From Peribolospora baueri (lineage: Eukaryota): 64,000 nucleotides of DNA. The notes beneath the pieces are model-generated. The model was given only the letters and a program-made list of their open reading frames with translations. It searched no databases and was not told the origin of the DNA. Within the stretch, counting starts at the first letter, position 1. Every line of letters starts with the position of its first letter. Location: NCBI GenBank assembly GCA_029717555.1, contig JAMDHS010000108.1, positions 1 through 64,000 on the forward strand, read 5' to 3'. The position numbers and the translations under genes are program-made. Of this stretch, positions 40,733-52,714 are shown piece after piece.

Positions 40733-41832
40733 CGGAGGCGAGAAAGATGATGATGACGAGGATGGCAGTTGGCCGACCGGCCCTTTTTGTTCTTTGGCGA
40801 CAAGTCTCGACCGACTCGAGCATCATCACACTCCGACGACGGGCGAGCGGACTTGACTGACTCGAGAGCCGCCAAACCGGTCCCCGCGCTCCGCCTTCCT
40901 TCCCTTCCTCTTTTTTTGCCGTCTTCCACCTCCCATCGCCCAACGCCAACACGGGCTATCAAAAGCAAGTCCCCACTTTTCTCCACCCGATCCATGAAAT
41001 TCCCCTCCCGTGTCGTGCTCGACTCTCCTCTTCCACCCGATACCCTTCGTCTCGTCTCTCCTCTTCGCACCTCGTCTCGTCCGCTCGCCTTTTTCCTTTC
41101 CTCTCCGCACGTTCCAAAGTTTTTCGCACGCCCACGCCCCGTCCGTCGTTGTCGTTCCCGCTCGCTTGTCCCGTGTATCCCGCAACTGCTCCGATCCGAT
41201 GCGTTTCCCCATTCCCATTCCCATCCCATTTCGTCGCACGACACGACCCGAAGCACGACCCAAGTTCCTTAATGCCCCCCTTCCCTTCCCTTCCCTTCCC
41301 TGCAGCGCAGGCCACATCTGCGGCCTCGCCTTTCTTTTGTCGCTGTACGTCTACGACCCGCCACCGCGTCTCTCTCTCGCTATCTCGCTCCTTCGCACAG
41401 CGTCGTCTTGCCGCGGGGGAACCGGGGGGGGTGTAAGTTCGACGACGTAAAATGTTCTTCGGCCCAAGTTGTCTGCCAATTTTTTCCAAATCGCATTTGT
41501 GGAAGCCCCGCCGGCGGATGGAATGGTTGTTCAGTGCGATTAAGAGAAGGAAGGAGGAAAGATGAAGCACCACGAACGGAACAGACAAACAGACAAACAG
41601 ACGAGACAGACGGGCGAGCGGAAGGAAAAGAAAGAGAAAACACGAAACGAAGGGAAAAAAAAAAACCGAGTGAACAGGAACGTAGACCCAGACCGATCCC
41701 TCAGCCCCAACGCCATCAATATATTCCCACATCGGCCCAAAGCTCGCCTCCGCCCTTCCTCCGACGTCGACCCCGCCCGACCTCTTCTGGACTCAGCCCA
41801 ACCTGCCTTCGCCCAGAATCGAAAAAAAAAAA

Positions 41833-44415
41833 TCAGGCAGGCCCCGTCCTCCTCCTCTTCTTCTTCCTCAGCTCCATCAGGTCGCCCTCCACTTCAATGT
41901 CCTTGGCGCCCGTCAGATGGCTCAGCGACTTGCCCAACCCCGCCGTCGCGGCCGCTTGCGTCGACGCACTACTCGCGCTCCCGCTTCCGCCAAACCCACC
42001 CACGCCGGGCAAACCAAAAGGGCCAAAGCCGGGATAGTCAACGCCGACGCCAAAGTGGTGTTGGAAGACGCGCGCTCGGGCACGTCGGGCCTGCTCCGAT
42101 GATTCCTCCTCATCCCCGTCCGCTCCGGCGCCGCCTCCCGCCCCTCCGGATCCGCCCTGCCTGTCCGAACCTCCTCCCGCACCATTACCGCCGCTTGCAG
42201 CCCCGGCCGCGCCGCCTTTCCTCTTCCCCTTCTTCTCCCGTTCCCCTCTCCCGGATGGAGTGTCCCTCTCACTCCCGAGCAGCTTTCCGTGCGCCTGGAG
42301 GAGACCAAGCGCAGCGAAGTGGTTGGCGCCAAGGAGCGTAGTGTTGGTCGTGTTGCTCGCAACGCCAGCGTTGGTGACGTCGTGGCTGCCGCTGCCGTTG
42401 TTGCTACCTGGCGGCGCGACGCTGCTGGCGAGGAGGAGCTCGTCTGGGAGGACATTGCCCAGTCCGGAGAGAGCAAACAACTCGTTCGGGGACAAGCCGT
42501 TGATCAGTGGCCTCGAGCCTCGCGAACCGTGATCGCCAGCGGCATTAGGCCCTCCGCTCGATTCGGCGCCAGAATCGTCGCCTCCTCCGAGACGAGACAA
42601 CGCGCCTCCGCCCCCGCGTTTCGCGTTGCGCAGCTTCCGAGTCGCGTGCGGTCGAGTGTGCGAGTCGAGGAAGGTGTCTGGGAGACATGGCGAACAGACG
42701 GAAAACAGAAAGGACGAGAACGATGATCAGCTCCGTGCGCTCAGTCTGTCGCACCCCATTTACTAATGCTCGAATGAGACGCTCACCGAGGGCAACCTCC
42801 GCGCTATCCTTGTCCTCCCGCAACTTCCTCCTCCTGTCCTCCACTGCCTCCAACAGCCTCTCCCTCACCGCCTTCTTAGCGACCTTGTACTCCTCCTCCA
42901 CCCGGTTGCTCTCCACCTCGTACAACTTCCTCGCTGACATGATCTGGTAATCGTGGAACATGCGCAAAGAGCGAATATCTGACTCTCGCGCGATGGCGAG
43001 GGAGGCGAGGGCGAGTTGGTAGGGGCGTGACGAGCCGGGCGAGGTGAGAAGGGTGGTGTAGGCTTCGAAGAGGGCAGTGTGCAGGTCCAGATGGGTGCTG
43101 TCACATCCCGAATGCAAGGCATAAACTCGTCAATCATGTCAGTCTAGTTCGCGACCAGCCACGAAGCAGGTCATCCGGGCGCTTGCGTCCCGGATAGGTC
43201 GCAGATACTCACGTTTCTCTATTTTCCAACGCATCCCAGTGAAGCTTATGCAGCTTGTCGATCGTCTCCCTCCGCTTCTTGTCCTTCTTGCTCTCCATCC
43301 CTCCCGCCCCGTGTCCCATGTGCCTATCATCGTCCATGTCCTCGTCATCCTCCCTCCTTGCCGCTCCGGATGCCCCAGGCGCGGGGTGAGCCGCCGCCGT
43401 CGTTCTGCCCTTCGAGCCGGACGCGGTACCGTTCGCGTTGGCAACATGCTTGGACCCGGAGGCAGCGCTCACGCCCTTCCTGGAGCCGCTAGCGGCGCCG
43501 GACCGTTTGGACGTAGTTCCCGAGCCGCCAGCGCCGGCGGTCTTTCCGGTGCTCGGACCGGGATCCCGCTCGCGAGCCGGCTCGAAGTCTCGATCTCGGC
43601 CACCGTGGCCGTACGAGCCTGGACGTCCGGATGGAACGGGGTATTGAACGTGCTGAGAGGCAGCGGCGTGCGCATGGACCTCGGACGGGGAGGGGTGTGA
43701 CGCGTACTGCGGATGCTGATGGGGATGAGGAGGCGGCGCTGCTTGCGGCGGCGGGGGGTACATCATGTGCTGCTGATGGGGCATAGGCATTGGAGGGGGG
43801 GGAGGTGGATGCTGATGATGAGAGTGCTGCGACCGCGCGGATTGTTGGTGGAGGTAAGCTTGCTCGGGCGGCGGAGGAGGAGGTACACTATGCGGATGCG
43901 CCGGAAGGGCGTAGAGATGGTGAGCGTGCGCTGGACCGGGTGACATGCGGTGCTGAGCCGGGGTGCGCTGGTAGCCTGCAGTCAACGCATAAAGGAAGCA
44001 CAAAGAGTGAGAAGATAGCGAACCTCCACGAGAGAGAAAGGGCAACGGTTCACGTGTCCCAAGCCATCAACGCTCCGAGGCTGCCCGCGACAGCGCGGCG
44101 CTCGGTTGATCACTCGACCAGGTTGAGCTACCTAGCTGCCGGTGAGGCACAACGTACTTGCGCACGGCCTTCGGTGTCCAAATTGCACGATCGCAAGAGT
44201 AAAGTGGAAGGCATGGCATGCTCACCATCAGCCCACTCATCGTCCCCGCGAGGTCGCTTGCGCCCACTGCCGTGCTGCTGCTGCTGCTGCACTGGGGGCG
44301 GAGCGACGACGCCGACTGCCTCGGCCGCGGTGGGGGGTGGTGGGGGGACGTAGTCGTAATAGCGGCGGTCGGGAGGGTAGTGATGCTGAGGAGGTTGCGG
44401 GGCGTGAGCCGACAT
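41833..44415 (-). CDS. SDS3: Sds3-like Sin3/Rpd3L histone deacetylase complex subunit, 4 exons
   Basis: Exons 44415-44226, 43975-43213, 43097-42787 and 42677-41833 splice in frame. Sds3-like coiled coil ESKKDKKRRETIDKL...YEVESNRVEEEYKVAKKAVRERLLEAVEDRRRKLREDKD; ATRKLR; C-terminal EVEGDLMELR. Confidence 0.8.
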
Positions 44416-44923
44416 GACTAGTTGGTGAGAGCCGACTGGCGAGATAACGCGGATGGGGGGCTGATCGGCGGCAGGGATGAGCGCGGAGGGCAGTGACTGC
44501 AGGGATAAAGCAGAGAGGCGGAGGCAAGAAAAGAAATGTGTATGGAAGGGAGAGCGGGCTAGCCCGACGAGGAGGACGAAGGATGAGAGACGAGGAGAGA
44601 CAAAAAGCCGCCCAGCGAGCTGTCGAGGGGCGATGGTCGTCGTCGGTCGATGCTCGTCGTGTGTCTGCGCCGGTCCATATGACCGTCACCCCGACCGGCG
44701 TTTGTGCGCGACAATCGAGGCCGCCCGACCTACGTGCCGCAGCCGGCGCTAAGCGGAGGAACGCGCCCGTCCCCGTTCCGCATCGCGTCCTTTCGCCGCA
44801 GTCAGCGGTGCGTGCGAACTAGGCAGCGACCCTCCCGGTGGGTCGTCCGTTGCCGCCGATCAGCAAGACGTCCTTCGTCCACCCCGTCTTCTGGTCTCTC
44901 CTCCCTCCGCGCACTCATCTCAC

Positions 44924-45808
44924 ATGTTCCGCACAACGCTCCGACGACTCGCCGCCTCTGCCTCCTCTGGAGCGCGCGCCGCTTCCGCCGCTGGCCCCTC
45001 CGTCTCCCGTCCCGTCAAGGAGACGACGGGCATCACCGGCGTCGACGTCCACCCGGACCCGCTCCCGGCACTGCGCCAGCACTATAACAACACGCTCTCC
45101 CTTCTCTCCAACATGCCCGAGTCCTCCATCTACCGCCAGGCCGCAGAGGCGCTTACTCGCCATCGTCTCCAGGTGGTGGAGAAGGCAGAGGGCGACTGGA
45201 AGAAGGTGGAGGAGGAGCTTGACGCGGGCCAGATTGAGGAGGTCCTCCTTCAAGCCAAGGATGAGGAAGGATTGGCCGCTAAAATGCTCGATTGGAAGGC
45301 GTGAGTGATCCATTTTTTGCTGTCTTGTGGTCTTACTATATTTCTCCGTCTGCGTCGGCTCGGTACACGGTCTCGCTAGTGGTCTGAGGTAAAGCATTCT
45401 CAGGCCTCGGTGGAAGCGAGATTACCCCAAGGCACACATGGCATTAGGTCGGGCATGTGCTGTGACGGGGCCGCGTTTGTTGTTGAAGGGTGTACATGGG
45501 AAGGGTGTACATGCCCATGAACGAGCTAACCCTCCGCAATACGGGCACAGCTGGGAGAGAAGGGTTTGGCGTGTGTCCGGAGACCCTTGGCATCTCTCTT
45601 GCTAGGCTCTCAATATCGAGCACTTGCCCAACTTATTCCAGTCCTCAGTTTCGCTAACCTATCTGACATCCTTTCTTCCCATATGTCAATTCCCTTTTTA
45701 CCGTACTACCCTGCTCCGATTCCCCTCGACGATCGCTTATCAAGATGGGAGCCTCTTGAGCATCAGCCGGCACCCGGTCAATGGTCCTACTTCGACAAGG
45801 CCGAGTGA
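44924..45808 (+). CDS. NDUFA5: Mitochondrial complex I accessory subunit NDUFA5 (B13)
   Basis: Arg/Ala/Ser presequence, TGITGVDVHPDP, MPESSIYRQAAEALT and GQIEEV...MLDWKA|WEPLE...PGQW. Exons 44924-45300 and 45745-45808. Confidence 0.93.
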
Positions 45809-46149
45809 TAGCACGCATGTGGGTGGCGGTAGGAGAGTTTGTAAGGCGATGAAATGGGGGGCGCGGTCAGGGTGAAAGGAATGAAAGGATGTCCTACTTG
45901 GGGTGGAGCGGAAGCTCGCGTATGCGGCGCACATCATCACTTGTCATCTACGCCACGACAATACATTAGACATTCGCACCGGCCCAGCTGTGGATATCGG
46001 TCGCCCTAAGGCACGTGCATACGGACATTGCAACCCCGCACGTTACTCATTTCCCCACTCCAGACTTCCCATTCTTAAGTAACAGGCGGCCATGCTCGCA
46101 AGCCTGGATGATAGCATATATGAGCTGATGACCGAGCCGATCAGGTGTA

Positions 46150-47676
46150 CTAGGCCACGTCGGAGTAGGCGGGCGGCGACGGCAACCCTCCCTCTTTCTC
46201 GACGGCATCCGTTCCTGCCATTGTCGGAGCCAATGGGGAAGTTGGCGGGTCGGGGATAAAGAAAGGGAGGGTAATCCTTCGCGATGAGAAATGGACGTCC
46301 ACGCCGGCATCAATGTCAGCGAACGTTCCCAATTCATCCTCCTCCCGGCACAGGGTTCGAATTGACAGCAACTCACCTTTCCTCCCACTCCGTTTCGCTC
46401 ACCCTGCCCTCCCCATCCTCCCCTCCGCTACTATCGCCTCGTCTCAACACCCGCACGATGATACACCAGCTCTCCTCGCTCCCCATCACCTCCCCCGTTC
46501 GCCAGTGTGCTTTCCCTTTTATGTTCCCGTCTGCCTTCGTGGTCGTCGGCTCCGACGGGGGAGGAGAAGATGAAGGAAGTGGGGCCTTGCATCTCGTCGC
46601 TGCTACGCTCGGGAAAGGGATAGGCAGGGCGAAGGAGAAGGGGAGGAGGCGGCTATGGCCTTTTGGAAGAGTTCGGGAGAAGCGAGCGCAGGAAGATGTG
46701 GGAGGGGAGGAAGCGGCACGGTCGACCTCTCCTTCTTCTCCGTGTCTGTCCTCATCCGGCGATAGCAGCGGCGAGGGCGGACGACCGTCTTCTTCGAGAT
46801 CGCATTGAAGCCCTCGTTCGCGTCTACCTCGCCGTCCACGCGCGCGTTCCTTGTACAGAGTCATGTCCTCCTTGGCCAGCACGACCTGACGACGGACGCG
46901 GGGGGCTGCCGCGCCCCAATAGCTCGCTGCTGGATAGTAGAGCGTTCTGGGCAGAGGTTTTTGCATCCAGGAGTGAACATCCGAGTGCATCTGCGCCCAG
47001 CCGGGCAAGGAAAGGAGACGGGAAGTCGAGAGCCTGCGCGATCAACTCACTCCTCCCTCACGCCCAGCAACGACGCTGCTACGTGAATGACGCCGGACAT
47101 CTGCGTATCCGGGACGACTACCACGCCTTGTACTTCAAGGATCACAGCGTCCCCGTACGCGCCTCCTTCGTGGGGAACCGCAGAAGTCGAAACTTGTCCA
47201 AGGCAGATGGTAATGCGTCTGGTCACCGTGTTGGTCTGTGCCTTGACAGTCGGAGCCACTTTGCTTTTGCCCTTGTGCTTCGAAAGTCCGAATACGGTGC
47301 GCAGCGTGATCTTCGATGACGACGGCGATGGCAGAGCGCCAGTTGACTTGACCAGGCTGTGGTTCGTCCCAGCGCCACGGTCGAGACGGTGAGACCCGCA
47401 GGCTGACGAAGACGGCCCAGCAATGGAAGAGGAGAGGTCCGTACGGCCCTGATACGAGTGCTGCAAACTGTTCAAAACGTTGTGGGAGATCATGACGGAA
47501 GGGAAGGCCTTAGCTGTGAGCACTATCAGCTCCAAGTAAAGGCGACCGGGGTTGAAGGAAGGACTGCGAGGAGAGGAGCGAGCTGTTGGCGTTCCATGGA
47601 GAGTGTGGCTGGAACCAAAAGGAAGAGGACTGCGTGCAAAAGGGCCCCCAGGTCCAAAGTCGTTCAAGCCGGTCAT
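46150..47676 (-). CDS. Hypothetical arrestin-like protein with C-terminal PPxY motif
   Basis: Exons ~47676-47062, 46990-46377 and 46276-46150 splice in frame. Beta-rich VQGVVVV...VIHVAASLLG, LLPFSFALP...LPSS and ITLPF segments, ending PSPPAYSDVA*. The 5' start is uncertain. Confidence 0.55.
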
Positions 47677-48410
47677 CCAGATCAGCCAGATAATGGAGCG
47701 GGCAAGTATTTGTCGTTTCTCTCTTCCCGAGCGCGGACGGCTACCTGACCGGCGCGAGCGATGTAGGAGAGGTCCGGCGCGGCACGTACAAGCCCGGCGA
47801 GCCGGAAGGAGATGTCAATGGCCGCGGACATCAAGATGCCACCCATTAGCACTCCACTGTTGTCTCCGGGACGACGATGGATGAGCGTACGGTGACTCGG
47901 GCTGGCGACATCGCGACCATTCGGCCGTACAAGAAGCCGCGGACCTATGGTCACCGGTGAGACGAGGACACGATGCGCAAAGGTGCTGAACGTCGAGAAG
48001 CACGTCTGCAGAGGTGCAAGTCCATTTGTCATGCCCGGGAAAACCGAACACGCTCGAAGGAGAGAGCGAGGCGAACGAAGGCAAGGAAGGGCAAGGAGAG
48101 GCAAGTCCGCCCCAAAGGGGAAGTTCAGAATCGATACCGTACGATCGCCACCGGCCTCCGGTTCACGGGATAGCCGACCGGCCGGACCTTTCCGCGGCGG
48201 GGCGAGATCGTCTCACGACCCCGACCCGGAGCTCTGGAAGACTTATGTAAGTAAACGTGGATGTCCTCATGTCATTATCACAATACATTCCCGTCCGGAG
48301 GAGACCTGGTATACGATCGACGGACACACAGCAAAGGAGGAAAGGAAATCGATGGCTGACTGAGGCGTACATCGCCGGCCTCATGACGATCGTCCAAACG
48401 TGCGACCCGC

Positions 48411-51400
48411 TCACTCCCTCTCGTCCACACGGTCCTGCCGGAAGGCCTTGGTGATCGCGCCTTCCTGCTGCTGCCACGCGTAGCCATTGGTGGCGAACAG
48501 GCGAGACGTGAGGAAGGGCCGGACGTCGTAGATCTCCAAGTCTTTGGCCTGTGAGAGACAGACAAGTTCAAGAAGAGACGATGAGCTCAACGGCCGAAAT
48601 GGCCCACACCGCTACGTGCATATGCGTCACGGACGGGACGGTGCGCCGCGACACTGACCCTGCCTTCTAGTTCCGTGACGGGAACCTTGACCTGATCCGG
48701 CTGTACGTGATGCCGGATCTGGTGGTAGCGAACCTTGTCCTTGACGATCTGTCCGAGGAGGAAAGCGAGCAGTTCCTCCCGATCTTGCGCCCGGTGGATG
48801 TACTTTCGGAAGCCCTGGGAGCCGTCGAGCGAGGACCGTTCGCGATGACGTGAGTAACTTGTTCCCACCGGCACGCATACAGCAACTTCGCCACTCACCC
48901 TCTCCAGAGTCTTTTTGATGCTCATCTTCTGTGCGCTGATGAAACTCTCGATAGTCGAGCCGATGGCGCGGTCGATGTCGTCGCTCCGCACGTACTCGCG
49001 CAGGTGCATCTTGGCGCTCGCCTCGGCCATGCGGATCATGCTCTCCAGGTGACGGACCGTGATGGGGTAAGAGCCCGTGCTGAGAGACTCACGCCGAAGG
49101 TCGGCGTATAGCCGAGAAATACGGTCTTGGTCCATCTGGTGGAGCTTCGGACGGACCTTTTCGCGTGCATACATGATGTATTTGCGGAGCAGGTCTTGTG
49201 GGATGATCTGCGGAGAGGCAAACTAGCTGTCAGGGCCATCGGTCTGCAAGCTTCACACCTTCTAGTAGCGTCCGGCACACTCACATCTGCGTCCAGAGAG
49301 GTCCCCACATTGATCTCGTCCTGCGAGCTCTCGAACGTAGGGTGACTTCTGAGATGGCTACCCACGACGAAGCGAGCCAGCATCTCGTCCATCACCGGGT
49401 CAACCGTGTCCTTGACCACACAAAGCACGTCGAAACGCGACAGGATTGGCTCGGTGAGTTCGACGTTCTGACTGAACGGAACAGTCGGGTTGTACCGGCC
49501 TCGGATCGGGTTGGCAGCTGCGATGATCGCGCATCGAGCTTGCAGCGTCGTGACGATTCCGGCCTTGGATATGGATATGGATTGCTGTTCCATTGCCTCG
49601 TGGATGGACGTTCTAACGTTCCGAAGGGACAAAAGTGGGTGAGCGACCAAGGTTCGCGTCCTCTGCCATCAGAACAGCGCTCACCTATCGGCGTCGTTCA
49701 TCTTGTCGAACTCGTCAATAAGGCACGTTCCCTTGTCAGCCAGAACAAGAGCGCCGCCTTCGAGGGTCCACTCGCGAGTGACAGGGTCCTTCCGGACGCT
49801 AGCCGTGAGACCGACGGCGCTAGCACCTTGGCCGGTCGTAAAGACAGCCCGGTGCGCGGTCTTCTCGACATACTTGAGGAACTGCGACTTGGCGGTACCT
49901 GGATCACCGAGGAGAAGGACGTTGATGTCACCCCTGATCCTGTGCTTCCTGTTGATGTCTTTGGGTACGCCTCCAAAAAGAGACAATGCGATCGCCGTCT
50001 TGATATCTTCGTGTCCGTAGATCGATGGGGCCATGGACTTGATGATCCGCTTGCCGATCCGCTCGTCGCGGGACAGCGATCGGATGGTTTTTTCGTCCTC
50101 TTCCGTGAGACGGAAGGAGGCGAACAGGTCCTCCTTCTTGTTGATGTGGTTCGCTTCGATGACCGTCGCAAAGACGGGAAACCCGTTTTTGGTATTCAGA
50201 GACGCGTCGAAATTGTTGCGGTACACGCCGGTCACCTCCTGTACTCAACGGAGGGGAAACATTGCGGAGATGATCAGTCTCGTCCCCGTCTGGCGCATAT
50301 GATAAACGAACGTCAGAACCCACGATCTCCTCTCCTGGCTTTGCACTGTCGATCAGATCCCACAGCAGGATCACCTCCCGGTGTCGTGGGAGACGACCGG
50401 GAGGCACCGAACCCGGTGATTCCTGGAGTGTGAGCTTCTGGTAGTTGCGATAGATGGTCTGATGAGATGAAGGATGGAATGGACACGCGTCTGATGTCAG
50501 TCAGCCTTGATGCACCTAAGCGGGAAGGGCTTCGCTAAAGTAACGGGACCGACCTGCTCCGAGTTGACTCTGAACGGTCCTTTGCTCTCGCAATTGATGC
50601 AGTTGGACACTTTTACCTCGTTCCTCGTGTCTTGGTAGAACGGACCGAGGGTCATACCACACTTGACGCAGTCGAATTTGACGTATTTGAGCTGGGGGAA
50701 CACGCCGCTTCTCCTCGTCACCACTCCGCTAACGCGGACCAAGCAGTTCAGGTGGCTTTGACGCAGGTCGCGGAGAGTGTAGCTGGTCGGCAGCGAGGTG
50801 ATGCGCACGTGAATCTCGGAGTGGATCCGCTCGTATTGAGGATAGTACAGAAGGATCGCGTCGAGAGCGACGTCGTCGAAGATGCGCAGCATGGCGGCAG
50901 GACAGTTGCCTAGGAAATAGGCGAGGATGGCCTTTGAGTCCGCCAGGTGCAGGTAGGAGATTTCCAGAGACTCCGAGTTCTCTGGATTAAGTAATTTCCC
51001 AGAACGTCAAGGTGTCAACATCTATGTGAATCTACTCAACGTCACTTTGAAACCGTCCAAGTCCACCGAAGCCTACTTACGTTCACCAAGAGCTTTGATC
51101 CTTTGACCGTAGACGCTAGTGCCATGCTCGTCAACATAGGTCATGAGAAAGTGCTTGAACTCGTGACGAATGGATCTGTCGACGCTCTCCTGACTGATCC
51201 ACGCCTCGAGGCTGTCTGCTTTAATATCAGCTAACTGCTCGATGGGCAAGATCTATGGTGAAAATAAGAAGCAGGGACGGGAAGATGGCAAGGTCTTTCA
51301 GCGTCTCCTTAAAGGAAGCGTGCAGCTCAAGCCTCATCCACACTCACATCAACGCCATCTTCCTCGTCTTCATAAGTCTCGTCGTACTGCTTTCTCCTTC

Positions 51401-52106
51401 TCCGACGCATGCCCAGTCCGCCTAGCCCGTCCTCGTCGTCGTCGTCGTCGCTCTGCAGGAAGGCGGGCGCTCTGCTCCTCCTGCCTCGACGGCCACCATT
51501 CGTAGACAGGCCGCGCTGCTCCAACCGGTCTCGGCGTGCCATCTTGAGGTCTGCGAGCCGGCGGGTGGCCAGGTCCATGGCTGAATACTCGGTCTCGTCA
51601 TCCAGGTTACCAGCGTCGTAGGTATCAAGGCGGAGGTTTTCAGCGTAATCACTAAGAGATAGGAAGGGAGGAAGAGGGAAGAAGACGGACGTGTGATGGC
51701 CACGTCAGGTCAGAGACGCTCGGAGAGGGGCTCACAGAGCAAAGCACGTCCGAGACTCACTTCATCATGTCCTCTCCAAACAGATCCTCTCCCTCATCGT
51801 CTTCCCCTTCTTCCAGATCGCCGACTTCGTCATCAATGACGTCGTCCGGGTCCTCAAAGTCCGAGAACGGCGCAGGCGGGGATGAGGGAGGGAGAGACGA
51901 GGGCGGGAGAGACGAGGGCGGACCGGACGGCCCTGGGGTGCCGCCTCTGGAAGAACCAGCGTCGGAGGAGGCTCTTCCCCGCGAAGTAGAGCGACGACGC
52001 TTGCGGTCGTCACGAGAACGGTCCTGCGATCATGAGAGGGCGCATGGACGTGTGAGCGATGGGCATCTCTTCATCAAGAAACGCCTGAGGGAGGCTAGTT
52101 CACCAT
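48411..52106 (-). CDS. MCM2: DNA replication licensing factor Mcm2
   Basis: Acidic N-terminus, Zn finger CVKC...[18 protein letters not shown], Walker [17 protein letters not shown], arginine finger SRFD and ITVRHLES. The first coding exon is only ATG (52106-52104); stop at 48411. Confidence 0.96.
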
Positions 52107-52317
52107 GGCTCAACCGTTGGAAGACAAGAACAGGTCGGTGGTGGACTCTGCTCGCGCGTACTAATCTTGAAGTGGGCCGGGAGCGAGGGCGAGGGAGCGG
52201 ACAGGACAGAGTGGTGGAGTTTGGTGATGGAGGTGGAGTTGACGGGAGCCAAACTCGGAGAGGGGGCTCGCATCTGCATGCAGAGGCGCGGGCACGGCTC
52301 TTCGCGCGGATCCTTCC

Positions 52318-52334
52318 ACGCGACGCGTACGCGT
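52318..52334. promoter_or_regulatory. Tandem MCB (MluI cell-cycle box) elements upstream of MCM2
   Basis: ACGCGA-CGCGT-ACGCGT (ACGCGA at 52318, ACGCGT at 52323 and 52329), about 220 bp upstream of the MCM2 ATG. Confidence 0.6.
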
Positions 52335-52714
52335 TAATGACCGCGCAAAGCGCGCCGCAGCATCCTCCGAGGCTAAATTAAGTCACGTCGGTTCCCCAGC
52401 AAGCAAGCAGGTCGAGAGCGAAAATGGATAACTATCGACGAGAACACTTGGACACTGCTTGGGAGCGACAACTAGAAGAAACAAAAGATGCAAGGAAGGA
52501 CAGCAATACGAAAGCGAAAAAAAAACGCTGGACCAGGAGCACGAGAAGGAAAGCGAGTATGGACGAGACTGAGCGGAACGGAGCGGATGGACGACCTGAG
52601 CACGAGAAGGAATTGCTAAGGGTATCCAGAGGAGGTAACCGGCGGACGGTATGAGGTAGTGGCTAGACGACTCCAGAGATATCCCGAGAGGAGCGGAAGC
52701 CTCCAAACAGCTTG

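Noticed and set aside
45526..45533. CTAACCCT resembling a telomerase RNA template for TTAGGG
   Set aside because: Only 8 nt and fully explained as a GCTAAC branch site; no other telomerase RNA elements recognised.
45301..45744. TPP riboswitch, RNase P/MRP or SRP RNA as the identity of the structured intron
   Set aside because: The conserved cores (TGAGA...CTTGAT...TAAT..CAGCG, P4 CR-I/CR-V pair, GNRA-capped helix 8) were not found by eye.
52424..52654. 76-aa charged ORF on the + strand
   Set aside because: It is the purine-rich antisense of the pyrimidine-rich 3' UTR of the ADF-H/PH gene; no motif.
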